DNA of 62,349 nt, the filler included, from Basidiobolus ranarum (taxonomy: Eukaryota): assembly GCA_040143965.1 (NCBI GenBank). It is 12 parts of 12 records of this genome, joined end to end, with 100 filler letters (N's around TTAATTAATTAA, not from the genome) between each part and the next. Parts side by side here need not be neighbours in the genome. Positions count along the whole stretch, not along the records: positions 10,431 to 15,543 come from JASJQH010001710.1; positions 15,644 to 20,753 come from JASJQH010001711.1; positions 20,854 to 25,962 come from JASJQH010001712.1; 9 more parts are not named here. One strand, 5' to 3'. Of this stretch, positions 13,801 through 26,062 are shown piece by piece. The notes under the pieces were generated by a model. That model searched no databases, was not told the DNA's origin, and worked only from the letters and a program-made list of their open reading frames with translations. Made by a program: the position numbers and the translations under genes. Each line of letters starts with the position of its first letter. The first letter of the stretch is position 1.

Positions 13801-15136
13801 GTAATATTAAGCATCTAAATATACATCTCCTGCTTAGTACATTAATGTTTTTTTGCTGAATATTTCATATTGCTAACACTGGAACATATATTCTCTGTAT
13901 ATCCCAGAATTGTCGAGAAAATACATAATTTTCAAACTAATTCGAAGTTCCCCAAAAATTCCCAACTTGGTTTCCTCCATAGAACCAAAATACTTTCGAT
14001 ATTTTTCTCTATTCTTAGCGTAAGTAGTACAACTAATTTTCAATCCAATAAAACAACAAACATGAGGAACATATCTCTTCTGGCTATCCTTAATCACTAT
14101 CTATTCATCCCTACAACTACTGCTAGCAGTGACTGTTGGCACAAGTATATGGATTTTAATGAGACATCGAATGACAGTGGATCTAATTCATCATTGTTAT
14201 CTAAAGCTCTTCTGAAATACAACCAATGGCATTTTTACTCTGCTATACTCTCTCAGCTTCTATATTGCTAAATCCTAGCTTCTTCTAATGTCCGTTATTT
14301 CACACAGTTGATCAGCTACTACAACTGAGGGTACAATGATTATTTTGTGAATACCCAATTTGGGTTAATATAATAAACCTTGTGATAGTATCTCTAATAT
14401 TCAGTCTGCTATTTCATAGAGGAGCAGCCTCATGAGTGTATTTGCATCTTCATCTGGCTAAACCTACAATATCATCTGCATACAGAATGCTAGAGTCAGC
14501 AAGTCCAAATTTCTCATTGCTATTGGCCTTCATTATGATATAGTCAAATCTCAAATTTATTAAACTTTAATAGAGGATATGTTCCTCATGCTTTCGGGCT
14601 ATACTGGGTAAGCAGACTTCCACCAAATACCATGACTTTCCGCAGTTTATTTGAGGAGTTGACTTTACCAATATCTCAACAATGAGATAAGCAAGTTCGG
14701 GATGTAGGTAATCAAGCCTGCTCTAATGATATTAAAACGCTAGATCTCGGAATCCGCATTGTGAATCCATGATGCAGATTAGCATCGATGCCAGTAACCA
14801 TTCAATACAGTTTCTAATAATATTTATAGGTATCAGATACAAATAGAAGAGTCCTAGGTTAATCAAGGATTAAAGCTGGAAAATATTTATGATTTAAAAA
14901 TATAAACACAATCAACTGAGCATTACAATATGGTGTACGGTGACTGACTAGAGTGCGAAAGTAGTCACATACAGGTTCAAGAAATACAATACAAATTACA
15001 AATTTACTCACATGATAACTTCATCAGGAGTTCAACCATAATTACGTGATTGAAGAATTAAGCTTGCAGGATGCACGTATGACCAATATAAAAGAGATTT
15101 TTGCCCCTTGGGTAAAAGTGATATTGTCAAGTTATT

Positions 15137-15543
15137 ATGTTTAGTTCTACAGCGCCGCTACTCATAGCCCTGTTCGTGTTGAGCTTGGCTGATGTTAATG
15201 GTGACCAAATCTCATGTAAATTTAGATCTTTCTATGATACCTTCGGAGTGTAAGTACTTAACTTTGTTTTATAGGGAAACTAAGTGATATCGGGGTCCAT
15301 GGAAAGTTAAAATATACTTGGAACGATTTCATCACTGGTAATAAGAATCTCACCGCCAAATTCCCCAGTTTTGTTTGGACGCAAGGGCTTAATGGAGAAG
15401 ATGGGGCTTACATTACTTCAACTAATGGAGATATCATTCTCAATAATATCCTGAATAACCAATCCCAGACATTGGTCAAAGGAGCTGACGTCGTCGGGCC
15501 AAACAACAAACCTCTTGGGCAGTTCAGTTACAAACTTTCTCCG
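15137..15543 (+). CDS. Secreted dipeptidyl-peptidase IV (S9B)-like protein, N-terminus only (copy 2)
   Basis: ATG 15137 gives signal peptide MFSSTAPLLIALFVLSLADVNG; intron 15216-15274; KLKYTWNDFITGNKNLTAK..FVWTQGLNGEDGAYITSTNGDIIL...YKLSP is highly similar to copy 1. Confidence 0.7.
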
Positions 15544-15643
15544 NNNNNNNNNNNNNNNNNNNNNNNNNNNNNNNNNNNNNNNNNNNNTTAATTAATTAAN
15601 NNNNNNNNNNNNNNNNNNNNNNNNNNNNNNNNNNNNNNNNNNN

Positions 15644-17217
15644 AAGGATAAGGAATACAAAATTAGTATGTTATTTCTTGAACTGATCTTTAGTCCTGTA
15701 GTTCTTACCTCACTATCATGATCACTGTTAGACCCACTGGTTTCTACTAGTACGTAAAACGGATACTCGCGTTCAAAAGGAACTCTGAAGTTCTTTGAGC
15801 CAAGTGTCCTCCCATAATACATGGAGCCCGAATCCCAGAACTCAAACGCGGATAACACCTCTGATAGATCCTCTTTGGCCCGAAGATATGTGCTCTGTAC
15901 CTCTTCATATGACCCTAATCCTACCAATGCGACGTTTGTAGACTTCGGTCTTTTAGGTGTCAGGAGTGAAACACCAGTGATTATACCAAGAGTTCCCTCG
16001 GACCCGATAAACAATTGTTTCAAATCATACCCAGTATTATCTTTCCGTAGCATTGAAATTCCATCAACAATTGTCCCATCTGGTAGCACTACCTCCAACC
16101 CAAGGACATTGCCGTGAAGTGATCCATATCTGAGTAGTCGAATTCCTCCAGCATTGGTCGATACATTTCCCCCGATTTGGCAACTATGTAACAAAATATT
16201 CATCAGTATTGAATTGTAATAGCAAGGTTAAAATGGTCTTGATGAGAAGTATTGCCCTGATTACTCATAAAGGCCGTGGTTTGAAAAGAAACATCGATTC
16301 ACGACTTGACAGGGCTATTTTACTTTTTGACCATTTAACAGCAAAATAACTAACCTTCCTTTGGATCCCAAATCCAATGGCACAATATATCCTTGCTCTG
16401 AAAGGTAATTATCGATATTTTCCAATATGCAACCAGAATCACAAGAGATAGCTCCCGTGAGCGGATCGAATTCCCGAATGCGATTTAGATTAGATGTATT
16501 GACAATTATTTCGTCGAAGATAGGCACACTACCACCTACATCATAACAATCAATCAGTGATTCAATAATACTATATCTAGCAGATATTTATTTACCTACG
16601 GCACCGGTGTTTCCTCCTTGGGGAACCACTGCTAACCTAAACTCATTAATTAGTAACTCTTCGATCTCAGAATATTAAGTGTATAATCCTTCGCATTTTT
16701 CATCGCATTACCTTTGTGTGTTGCAATAACTCATTAATTTAGAAACCTCTTCAGTAGTGTGTGGTTTCAGAACTACTTGGGATTTACCTCGGTAGCTCTT
16801 AAACCAATCTTGGTTGTAAGGGATTAAATCGTCTTCACTCGTACGAATCCCATCGGCTACCAATACCCCTTCCAAAGGGAGGATACTTTTGAAATACTGA
16901 ACATCAGCTTGGGTGACCTATGAAGTAATTAAATCCATTTGAGTAATATTTCTGAAGAATAACGGAAGTAAATAGGATGTAACCTCTTTAAACTTGGGAT
17001 TACGTTTGTAATGTGGGTAACTATCTGCTGTATAAGGGATCTCATGGTCTATTTTCTCTAGCTCTGGATCAACAGAAGCAACCTTGGTAGAATACAAGGC
17101 GTACAATGGTGTTGTGGACATGCGTAAAGGTTGTCCCTTTATACCGCCAGACCGTGGAAAATGTTTTAACTGAGTGGAAGCCAAATTGGTGCGAGAAATA
17201 AGTTTGGATAGAAACAT
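15644..17217 (-). CDS. DLD2: Mitochondrial D-2-hydroxyglutarate/D-lactate dehydrogenase (FAD-linked, Dld2/D2HGDH family), intron-containing, 3'-truncated
   Basis: Presequence MFLSKLISR...; [82 protein letters not shown]. Confidence 0.93.
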
Positions 17218-20011
17218 GGTCTGAAGAGCTCGGATCTTTGATTGATATAGAGCGATGAAGCGCAATCGAGGTCAATTTATAGACTTCATAAAGAGCCTCA
17301 AGGTTGCTATATGCTCATACAAGCACTTAATTTGTCGGATTAATGATGTTGTAGTAAATGACTACAACCTAAAACATATGTGCCAATCAAGCATCTGGCT
17401 ACATTATGATAGAAATTCTGTGAATATAATGTTATCCAAACCCATCAATTTAGAATGGAAGAGTATCAGATTAGAAAACATTCGGATGGATGCAATCGGA
17501 TAGGATCTGCTAGTTATTTTTTACTCTCATAAAGTTGCATTGAATAATAGAAGGATGACGCTTGGCACAAATTTACTCCTTAAGCTACTTCAAGACTCCT
17601 CTGCATACCCAATACTGACAGGCTATTTTCAAACCGAATCCCACCACAATGTTTGACTCCAGGATAAGGAGCCTAATCAATCCCAGATATTTAATTCGTC
17701 TGCAAATAATTAAATTCAAACCACAACTAACGCCCAGCTCATTCAAAGTTCACCAACACAACCCTAAGGACTGCTCATTGCTTCGGTCGCATTATTTACC
17801 CATCTACTTTCGACGCAGTGTATTCAGGAATTGGAAGTTTGAAGAGTGTGAAACCGATTCATTGGCCATTACAGCTTCAATCCTCAACAGTTCTTTAATT
17901 ATTAAAGCTTAACCAGATAGAGACATTTCAAAATTTGGCAAATAGAATTGATGCTGAATACTGTCATTTATGTCTCTTGTAGTTGCTACTTTCAAATACA
18001 TCTGCTGTGCTAGATGGGCAATGAGTCTTACACATCATATTTAATGATATCCCATTTTGTCACCTTAAGAGCCTTCCTATATGAGCGCTGTATCGCACAA
18101 AATAACTCAACATCACCAACTCGGTCGAAGCCCCATTACTTCTTTTATGGATTGGCACCCAGTATATATTGAATAACGATTGCGTAAGTAGCTCGTACTT
18201 CTCTGCACAATGCATACCAAGCGTGAACAAGCCATTGTTACCTATCTTGCAAGTAGTTATGACTATAAAGGGTAGACGGATTTAATCATTTCGTTCTATC
18301 CATGAATACCATTATGCAACACTACTTGATGTGAGATTATTAATGCAGAAGGTAGTGCTCTGCCCGTCCGTAGAAGACTGAAAATTTTATGTAAGCTGTG
18401 CACCACATCATGTAGTTCCACATCACCAGTAAGTAACAATGCCTGCTTGACTATGCTAACTAATCCTCGCAATAGTTATAATTCTACTCGAATTGACTCA
18501 TGCTTACTAAGACGGATGGTTTCTTGACTCTAAAACAAGTTCCTCGACACTTCTAAAAGACGTGCCTCTTTATCTGCAATAATAGCTACACAAACAATGG
18601 CTTAGTGCTAAACACCCTGAAATTCATAAAAATGATGATAATAGTAAATATTGGTATTGATGGGTCATTTTGTATCACGAATCTCATACACAAATTGAAA
18701 CCTCTGAAAATTCTTGTCTTCAAAGCTAGTCTCTTTTCGCTCCAATCGTTGTAAAACAAAGCTTTATCTTTGTTTAAATATCAAGCAAGTAATTCTGCTA
18801 ATTCCATTGCGGAGTGATTATGACTGCTTTATTTCATCATTGAAACTGTGGCATAAAATATTGCTCTATGGCGACAGAAATTGTGGAAAGCTTAATCTTT
18901 CTGTAGAGCATGCAATTCTTTCATCTCACCAGTACATCATCGCTTGAAACTAAGCCTAAATGGCGATTGCAGAGGTTTGAAATGACCAGTTTGTTCATGT
19001 TGTGTTCGTATTTTGATGGCAAGGAAAACGCACAAATTCTTGGTCCTCCAATGATAGTGTTTTAATTAGCCGACATCTCCTAGAAGACCACTAATCACTT
19101 ATGAAACGAGGTTTTAATAAAATATACAAATATTGTCGTACTCAAGAACACACTATTTACACCACCCAAAGAGAAAAGCCTCGCACAGGTCAACAATACT
19201 GTGAAGCCTGGAGCAAACAGCAAGATAGAGTTCTATGCATAGGGATTTCTATATATCCGAGATTGTTTTCACGGCGCTGCTTGGGGAAGTAATTGTTTAG
19301 ATATATTGACTACTCCTGTTTTTGGACCCTTGTCCTGGCGTCTACCAGAATGCCAATAGAGATTTTATAGATAACTCTTTTCAACTTTAAGTACTGGTTG
19401 TCATATGTGTGGTTTCCCTTCAGCCCATATGGCAGAGAAAACACTAGGTTCCAACCAAAGAAGGCTACTTCAGGCTTCATCGGCCTAGTAATAGAATTTA
19501 TCTAGACTTTAAAGTGATAGCACAGCTGCTGAGAATATATTTGTGGCAATGCCCAATCAAGATACCTGTTTACTACAACTTTAATATGTGGTGAGTAGGA
19601 AATAGATCTAGATTCCATTCCATAAGCAAAAACGAACCCTTCACCTCATCTACCACATGTTATTTTTGTATTGTGGGGTTATTGAAGTTAATATAATTAA
19701 CTCGCAAAGTCGATATAAAAGATTATCGAAATCACTCGTGTGAGCGCTACAAAATAACCAGTATCTGTTATAGAATCCATGCATTTGATTTAGTCTTCTA
19801 ATAATCAAAATAGCGCAAATTCAACAAGCTATCTATGTCCTAGTAGGAAGTTCGATAATTTTAATCATATGATCAAGATTTCATCTCGGAGTGGCAACAG
19901 ATGAATGGTAATAGTACTAATATGGAAGCTCGTACGAAAATAGAATCCATTTAAATATTGCTACACCTTTCCAGTTTCAGTGATTTTTTACCTTTAGTAA
20001 AGTCGCTACTC

Positions 20012-20753
20012 ATGTTTGCTAAACAAGTCTCTCGTATATTTTCTAAGCATAGTTTGCTTCGCTCTGCTAGGCCGGTATCTACAGCAAAAATGTCCACGCT
20101 ATCAGCTAGCACAGCTGCTTTGGACGCTGTTCGTGCACATAGTGCCAACCGCAACTTGTGCATGATTCCTGGTATTTAACTATTTGAGAATATTTGCGAA
20201 CGTTCTTCCCGAATTCCCGAATAGCTCATAACCATTCTTCCAACAGGTCCTATTGAATTCCACGAAGAAGTTTTGGAGGCCATGAAGGTCGGAGCCACTT
20301 CTCACGTGGACCCCAACTTCGTAAATATTTTTGGTGAGTCACTAGAACTATTTCGTCAAGTTTTATTCAGCAAGGAAGGTCAGCCTTTTATTATAACCGC
20401 TTCTGGTACTCTTGGCTGGGATATGGTGGCTGCAAATTTAATCGAGAAGGACGAAAATGTATTGGTTGTAACCAACGGATATTTTGGGGATAATTTTGGT
20501 GAATGGTAATATATTAAGATTTTATAGGTAGATGTATACGCTAGGTGCGATTTTATTAATTCGTTTTAGTTTAAAAAATTATGGTGCCGAAGTTCAATAT
20601 CTCGCCTCGGAATTTGGTTCTCGTCCCTCTCTTGAGCAAATCGAAAAGGCATTAAATGAGAGAAAATACAAAGCCATCACCCTAACTCATGTGGATACAT
20701 CTACCGGTGTATTAGCGGATATTGAGGGTGTAGCCAAACTTGTTCGTCAAAAG
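20012..20753 (+). CDS. AGX1: Alanine-glyoxylate aminotransferase (class V PLP enzyme), 3'-truncated
   Basis: LCMIPG/PIEF, ATSHV, SGTLGWDMVAANL, GYFGDNF and ITLTHVDTSTGV motifs; introns near 20172-20246 and 20506-20569. Confidence 0.92.
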
Positions 20754-20853
20754 NNNNNNNNNNNNNNNNNNNNNNNNNNNNNNNNNNNNNNNNNNNNTTA
20801 ATTAATTAANNNNNNNNNNNNNNNNNNNNNNNNNNNNNNNNNNNNNNNNNNNN

Positions 20854-23200
20854 TGCTTTTTGTCCAATTAAGAATTTCTAGATAATTTATTGCTATGATC
20901 AAGTCATCCACATGTAGTGCCAAGATAAGAATCCTATTTATGGTTGTTTTGATGTAAAAACTGTGATCTGCTGAGCACTTTTGGAAATCCAGTGATTCCA
21001 AATAGATATCTATCTTGTTGTACCATGCCCTGGGTGCTTGCTTGAGTCCATATCGCAATTTTGGCTGTTTATAGACCATATCAGGATGTTTTGTGTTCAC
21101 AAATCCATCTGGTTGCTCTATATAGATCTCTTTTTCTAGATATATATTCAGAAAGGCTGTTTTTACATCCATCTGATGTAGATCAAGGTTACTTATGGCT
21201 GAGAGTGACAGGATCAATTTAATGGAGCTAAACTCAGCTACTGGAGCAAAACTTTCATTAAAATCAACTCCTGGAGTTTGGCAATAGCCTTTTGCAACTA
21301 ATTTTGCTTTATACATTTCTATGGGTCCATCAGCTTGGTTTTTAACTTTGTAGACCTATTTACAACCTATTGGCTTTCTCCCTGATGGAACAGGACTTAA
21401 AGCCCATGTTTATTGACCTGAAGTGAATATAACTCAATTAACATCATTTTTGCCCATAATTTTGATTCTGGACACACCAGTGCTTGAACTAGAGTCTGTG
21501 ACTTGTCACAGAATGCTGCATAAGCATATACATCAGTATTGGAAATGTTCCACCAGCTTACTAGCTTATTTCTCCTTCTGGATGAACTTCTGGGTCCTGA
21601 ATCATCCTATGATGAAATTGGGACTATTACTTTTGTTGAATAAGGCTCAGATACAGCTGGAATTTTGTCAGACACTTTCTGAATAGTGCTGATTTTGTTT
21701 ACTGGATCAAGAACTGTGATTTGAGGTGAAAAATATGCTTTTTCATCAAAAATCACAAGATAATCCACACTTGATTTTGATCCATATAGGGCTTCCAATG
21801 GAGTAGAATTTTGTAGCAATCTTGTTGTGCACCTGTTTTTAATATAGACTGCAGTGGAGACAGAATCAGCCCAATATTGGTAATCCAACTTTTGATCATA
21901 TAACATTGATCTTCCCATCTCCACTACAGTCCTATTAGCATATTCTGCAACTCAATTTTGCTCTGGAGTAGAGGGTACAGTTGCTTGTTGCTTAATTCCA
22001 TGTTTAGAGCAAAAACTAGCAAAGCCATTAGAGCAGTATTCTCCACCATTATCACTCCTTAGTACCCTTGTTTTTTTGTGTTTATTCTTTCTCTACTATT
22101 ACTTTGTAGTTCTTGAACGTAGCTAAGGCTTCAGAAATTGATTTGTGAAAGAATACCCAAGTAAATCTTGTTTTGTCATCAATCAAGGTCATAAAGTTCT
22201 TTTTCCCATCTAGTAAGATGTTTTTCATGGGCTCAGAATGAATCAGGGCAAAATTCTGAGTGCATTTGATTTCTCCAGACTTTGAAAATGCTCATCTGTG
22301 ATGTTTTCCATATATGCAACCTTCACACAGATCCAATTTAGTGATACTTCCAAATTCTAAGCCTGAAACAAGCAGATTGTGGATTATTTGAGTCAGTTTT
22401 TGTTCTCCAATATAGCCTAATCTTCTTTGACATGTTTGACAGTTTATTTTACTGCATTTGGCCAAGTTTCCATGCCCAGAATGCACTTTGTTGATTTCTA
22501 GCTTGTATAGGTTTTGAGTACCAGTAGCTAATTTGGTATTATTGTGAGCTGTGATAGTGCATCTGGCCATACCAAACACAAAATTTAGTCCTTGAGTTGT
22601 TGCTTGGCTTACTGAGAGTAGATTCTTAGCTCTATTTGGAACATAGAGTACTTCATCCAATTTTGCAGATTGTGTAGCTCAATTTCAGTAGAAATTGAGT
22701 ACAACTGTGCGCTTACCAACTGCATCTAGTGCATAGTCATCACCTAAGTAGACTTTCTATGTTTGGATTGGTTTTAAACTAATAGAAATCATTCTTTCCT
22801 GTTTGACATATGCTGGGAAGCTCCTGAATCAATGAACCATGTTTGTAAGTCTTCTTTAGTGGCTACTGATAGGACAGACACAAATAGATGATCCCTATCA
22901 GTGCTTACTGGATTTGCCTGTTCCGATTTTAGCTTTTTGGCAAAAAATCCTTTTTCTTCAATCTTTAATAATATGGCCTAGTTTCTTGCAATACTTGCAG
23001 ATGAATGATTTCCTATTAGGCACACCATTGTTGAAGCCTTTTGGACATTTCATTGCTCCAAAAAATGCCTGTTCTGCATTATTTTGCTGAGAATTAGATC
23101 TCCTTAAATCTTCAATAAAAAACCTAGCACCAACATATTCCATTGTTGATGGCTCTGATCACCCTCAAGTGTTTCCCAAGCATTTTGGACATTTTTGGCT
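20854..23200 (-). mobile_element. Degenerate Ty1/Copia element (family A): gag zinc knuckle, protease, GAG-pre-integrase, integrase, RT
   Basis: CKYCKKLGH knuckle; WFIDSGASQHM protease (~22810-22840); LCEGCIYGKH; integrase text; YKAKLVAKGY, QMDVKTAFL, YGLKQAPRAW, HVDDL. Many stops and frameshifts. Confidence 0.93.
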
Positions 23201-23599
23201 GATGGTATGCACCTCTATTGAGAATCTCTGTATGTGGCTGCACAAGCTTTGTATTGACAGACAATTTTAATTTAGTTGTGGTGAAACCTCTTGTATTAAT
23301 AGACTAGCATTAATTTTTTTTGATATAAGATGATTTCACACTATCAGTATATTGTAGAGACATAGCAATCATGATCTAACTTAAGTGAGTTAAGCAATAT
23401 TTAACTGCAATCCATATCATTGATGCATGATGCATCAAACAGTGAAGATAGAATAATGTGAGTATTAACAAGAGTGTTCAGCAGTTGTCCTAGATTTAAG
23501 TGGTAAATACTGATTTTCTTCTGTTATTTTTGTTGTCTCCTTGAAATTATTATGGAAGGTACTTTGCTGGAGCCTCTGGACTGAATTGATTGGTTTGAT

Positions 23600-24480
23600 C
23601 AGGTTGAATTTCCTTTACCTTGGCCAGCATGATTCATGGCTTGAGGTCAATGTACTGTGATATGTGTGGGCTTGTTTGGTCTAGTTTGTGGTTTGTTTTG
23701 ATTTATAGTCTCTTCTTCATGTGGGGAGCCTTCACTTAATGGGTCAACCAGCCATTGCTGCTGGTGCACAGTTCTACACATTGACCTTGAATGTCTTACT
23801 TGAGATTTGTGCTCAACAGTAATTGATACCTCAACCATGGTAGAAGCTTCATCTCTTTTGTCTGGCATGGCCACAGTCATGTGGCAGTATATGTTGGGGC
23901 AGTCATCTACCTTGAATGGTAGCCTCTGGTCCATACAAGCAAAAACGCAATTGGAATCATGTCTTTGCAGACTCAAGAATCAAAATTCCTACATCTCAAT
24001 TCATGGTTTCTATCCTATGAGTTTTATTGTACATTTGCTTGCATACTTTTGAAGGCATGATGATATAGTATTTTCTCCAAAGCATAGTTGAAAGTTGCTT
24101 CCACTTAGGTCTAATGCCCTCTTCCAGAGCTTCTGTAAAGACTATCAATTACTCCCATATTTACAAGCCAGAATTCATAGTGGATACATGGGCTTCTGTA
24201 AAATCATTGGGCATGCACTGCTTTGTGCCACCTGCATCTGCATTTTACTACACACATGAAATCTTTGAAGTGGTGGTCTCCTGTACCAAAGTAGGTTGTG
24301 AATCAGGAAGAATTTGCTTTGACATGATACATAACTGCCATATATATCTATGCTGTTACACTTTATTGTTTTCAATGACAATCAGGGATCTTTTTTTATT
24401 ATTGGTTAAAATGTCAAAGTTAATTTCCTACAGTGTCATAAAGCATAATGCATTCTGCATTGGGCTGTTTTGATATATAC
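23600..24480 (-). mobile_element. Possible decayed DNA transposon (MULE-like) relic
   Basis: CpG-poor sequence with broken PNA..C..H and Cys/His (SWIM-like) fragments on the minus strand; no intact ORF. Confidence 0.3.
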
Positions 24481-25199
24481 ACATATAATATGATTTGGAT
24501 CAAACTATGAGTAACTTTGCTGATGCAGTTTATTATATAATTTCAATGCAATTACATGTAATTGAAATAAATAGCATAATAAATTCAAACAGAAATTTTA
24601 TTATACAGAATGAGCAAATTTTACCCTACTTGGGTGAAGACCACATGGCAAGACAAGACAAGACTTGGCAGGGAAGATACTTTGTCAGGAATCTTTATTG
24701 ATAGCTGGCATTGATCAGACCAAGATCTAATCAAGGATGCCTGGGAGCTTATATAGATATTGCAGGGTGAAACATAGTATACTGAATAGGGAATATATCA
24801 TGGCAAGTTCAAATGTTGTGGTGTTGGGGACTACAAGGACCAATACAAAGAGATATGATGTAAGGATGATCAGGTGACCTTCCATGAAAGATCTTGGCAC
24901 AACAATACTATCTGTTGGATGATATGAATAGTTACATTTCATAGAATGTTCCAAAGAACATGACTTCCATGACAGGTAACTGGGTTGAACTTGCACAAGA
25001 TTGATAAGAAAGGGTGGTGCAGCAGGTATGATGTCATAATCTAATAATTGACAAGTTCCATTTGTAGTGGTTGAGTATGCCAAGATCAGAATCATGACAC
25101 CATGACAGTATGGTGACAAAAGAAGGCAAGACTTATCAGGCTACCCAAGCCAGAATGGAGTGTTACCTTATCAGGACCAGCCAGAAGAGTTATATATCT

Positions 25200-25962
25200 G
25201 CTAGTAAGAGTCAATTTGACCAAGCAGCTGGGTGGTTGAGCTATTTGATCAACTTAATGGAGCCATAATTCTTAGCAACATTAATTTTATGTCAAATACA
25301 ATCAGATCTAAGTGAAACTAGATGATATACTCAAGACAGCCTATAGGTCAAGATGTAGACACTGTGAGTATAATGTCACAAGTTTTGTACTAACCAATGC
25401 ACCCACTACCTCCGTGATATTAATGCACAGTATCTTTACTGAGTGCTTAGACCGGTTTCTTATTATTTACATGGGGGACATCCTAATCAATAGCAAGAAT
25501 CAGCAAGAACATATTTCAAATGTAAACAAAGTCTTAGAGAAACTCCAAGCCAACCATCTCTATAGAAAACTCCGTAAGTGTGACATCTTGAAAGACAAGG
25601 TGGAATTTCCAGGATGGTAGTAACAAGTGCAGGAGTACCCATGGATCCCAGAAAAGTTGAAATAATTAGGAATTAGAAATAGCCCACTACCATATCAGAG
25701 CTTTGGTCTGCTCAAGGTATGGTTTCCTGTTACCAAGGATTTAGTAAGTGTTTTCCCACAATCTGTGCCTAATTGAGGGAGCTACACAAGAAGTTAAGTG
25801 TCACAACTTGGAACTGTTAGCATGAAGTAGCTTTACAATCCACAAAAATTCCTGATTTTAACTGGCCATTCATTCTCACTACAGAAGTCTCAGACTATGC
25901 CATAAGAGGAGTTCTTAGCCAGATTTGTGCTGATGTAGAATACTCAAATGCCTATGAGTCCA
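25200..25962 (+). mobile_element. Degenerate Ty3/Gypsy RT and RNase H start
   Basis: KTAY...YNV..F.LTNAP, FLIIYMGDILI.S (YxDD relic), KL.KC; then TEVSDYAI.GVLSQ. Confidence 0.85.
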
Positions 25963-26062
25963 NNNNNNNNNNNNNNNNNNNNNNNNNNNNNNNNNNNNNN
26001 NNNNNNTTAATTAATTAANNNNNNNNNNNNNNNNNNNNNNNNNNNNNNNNNNNNNNNNNNNN

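Noticed and set aside
11400-14800. Short ORFs and a ~20-bp inverted match (CATGAGGAACATATC at ~14061 and ~14576) between the DPP-IV genes
   Set aside because: No recognisable domains, and the similarity does not extend beyond the short match.
17500-19500. Possible decayed transposase between DLD2 and AGX1
   Set aside because: Only isolated motif-like scraps (e.g. NNATEAM on the minus strand); a family cannot be supported.
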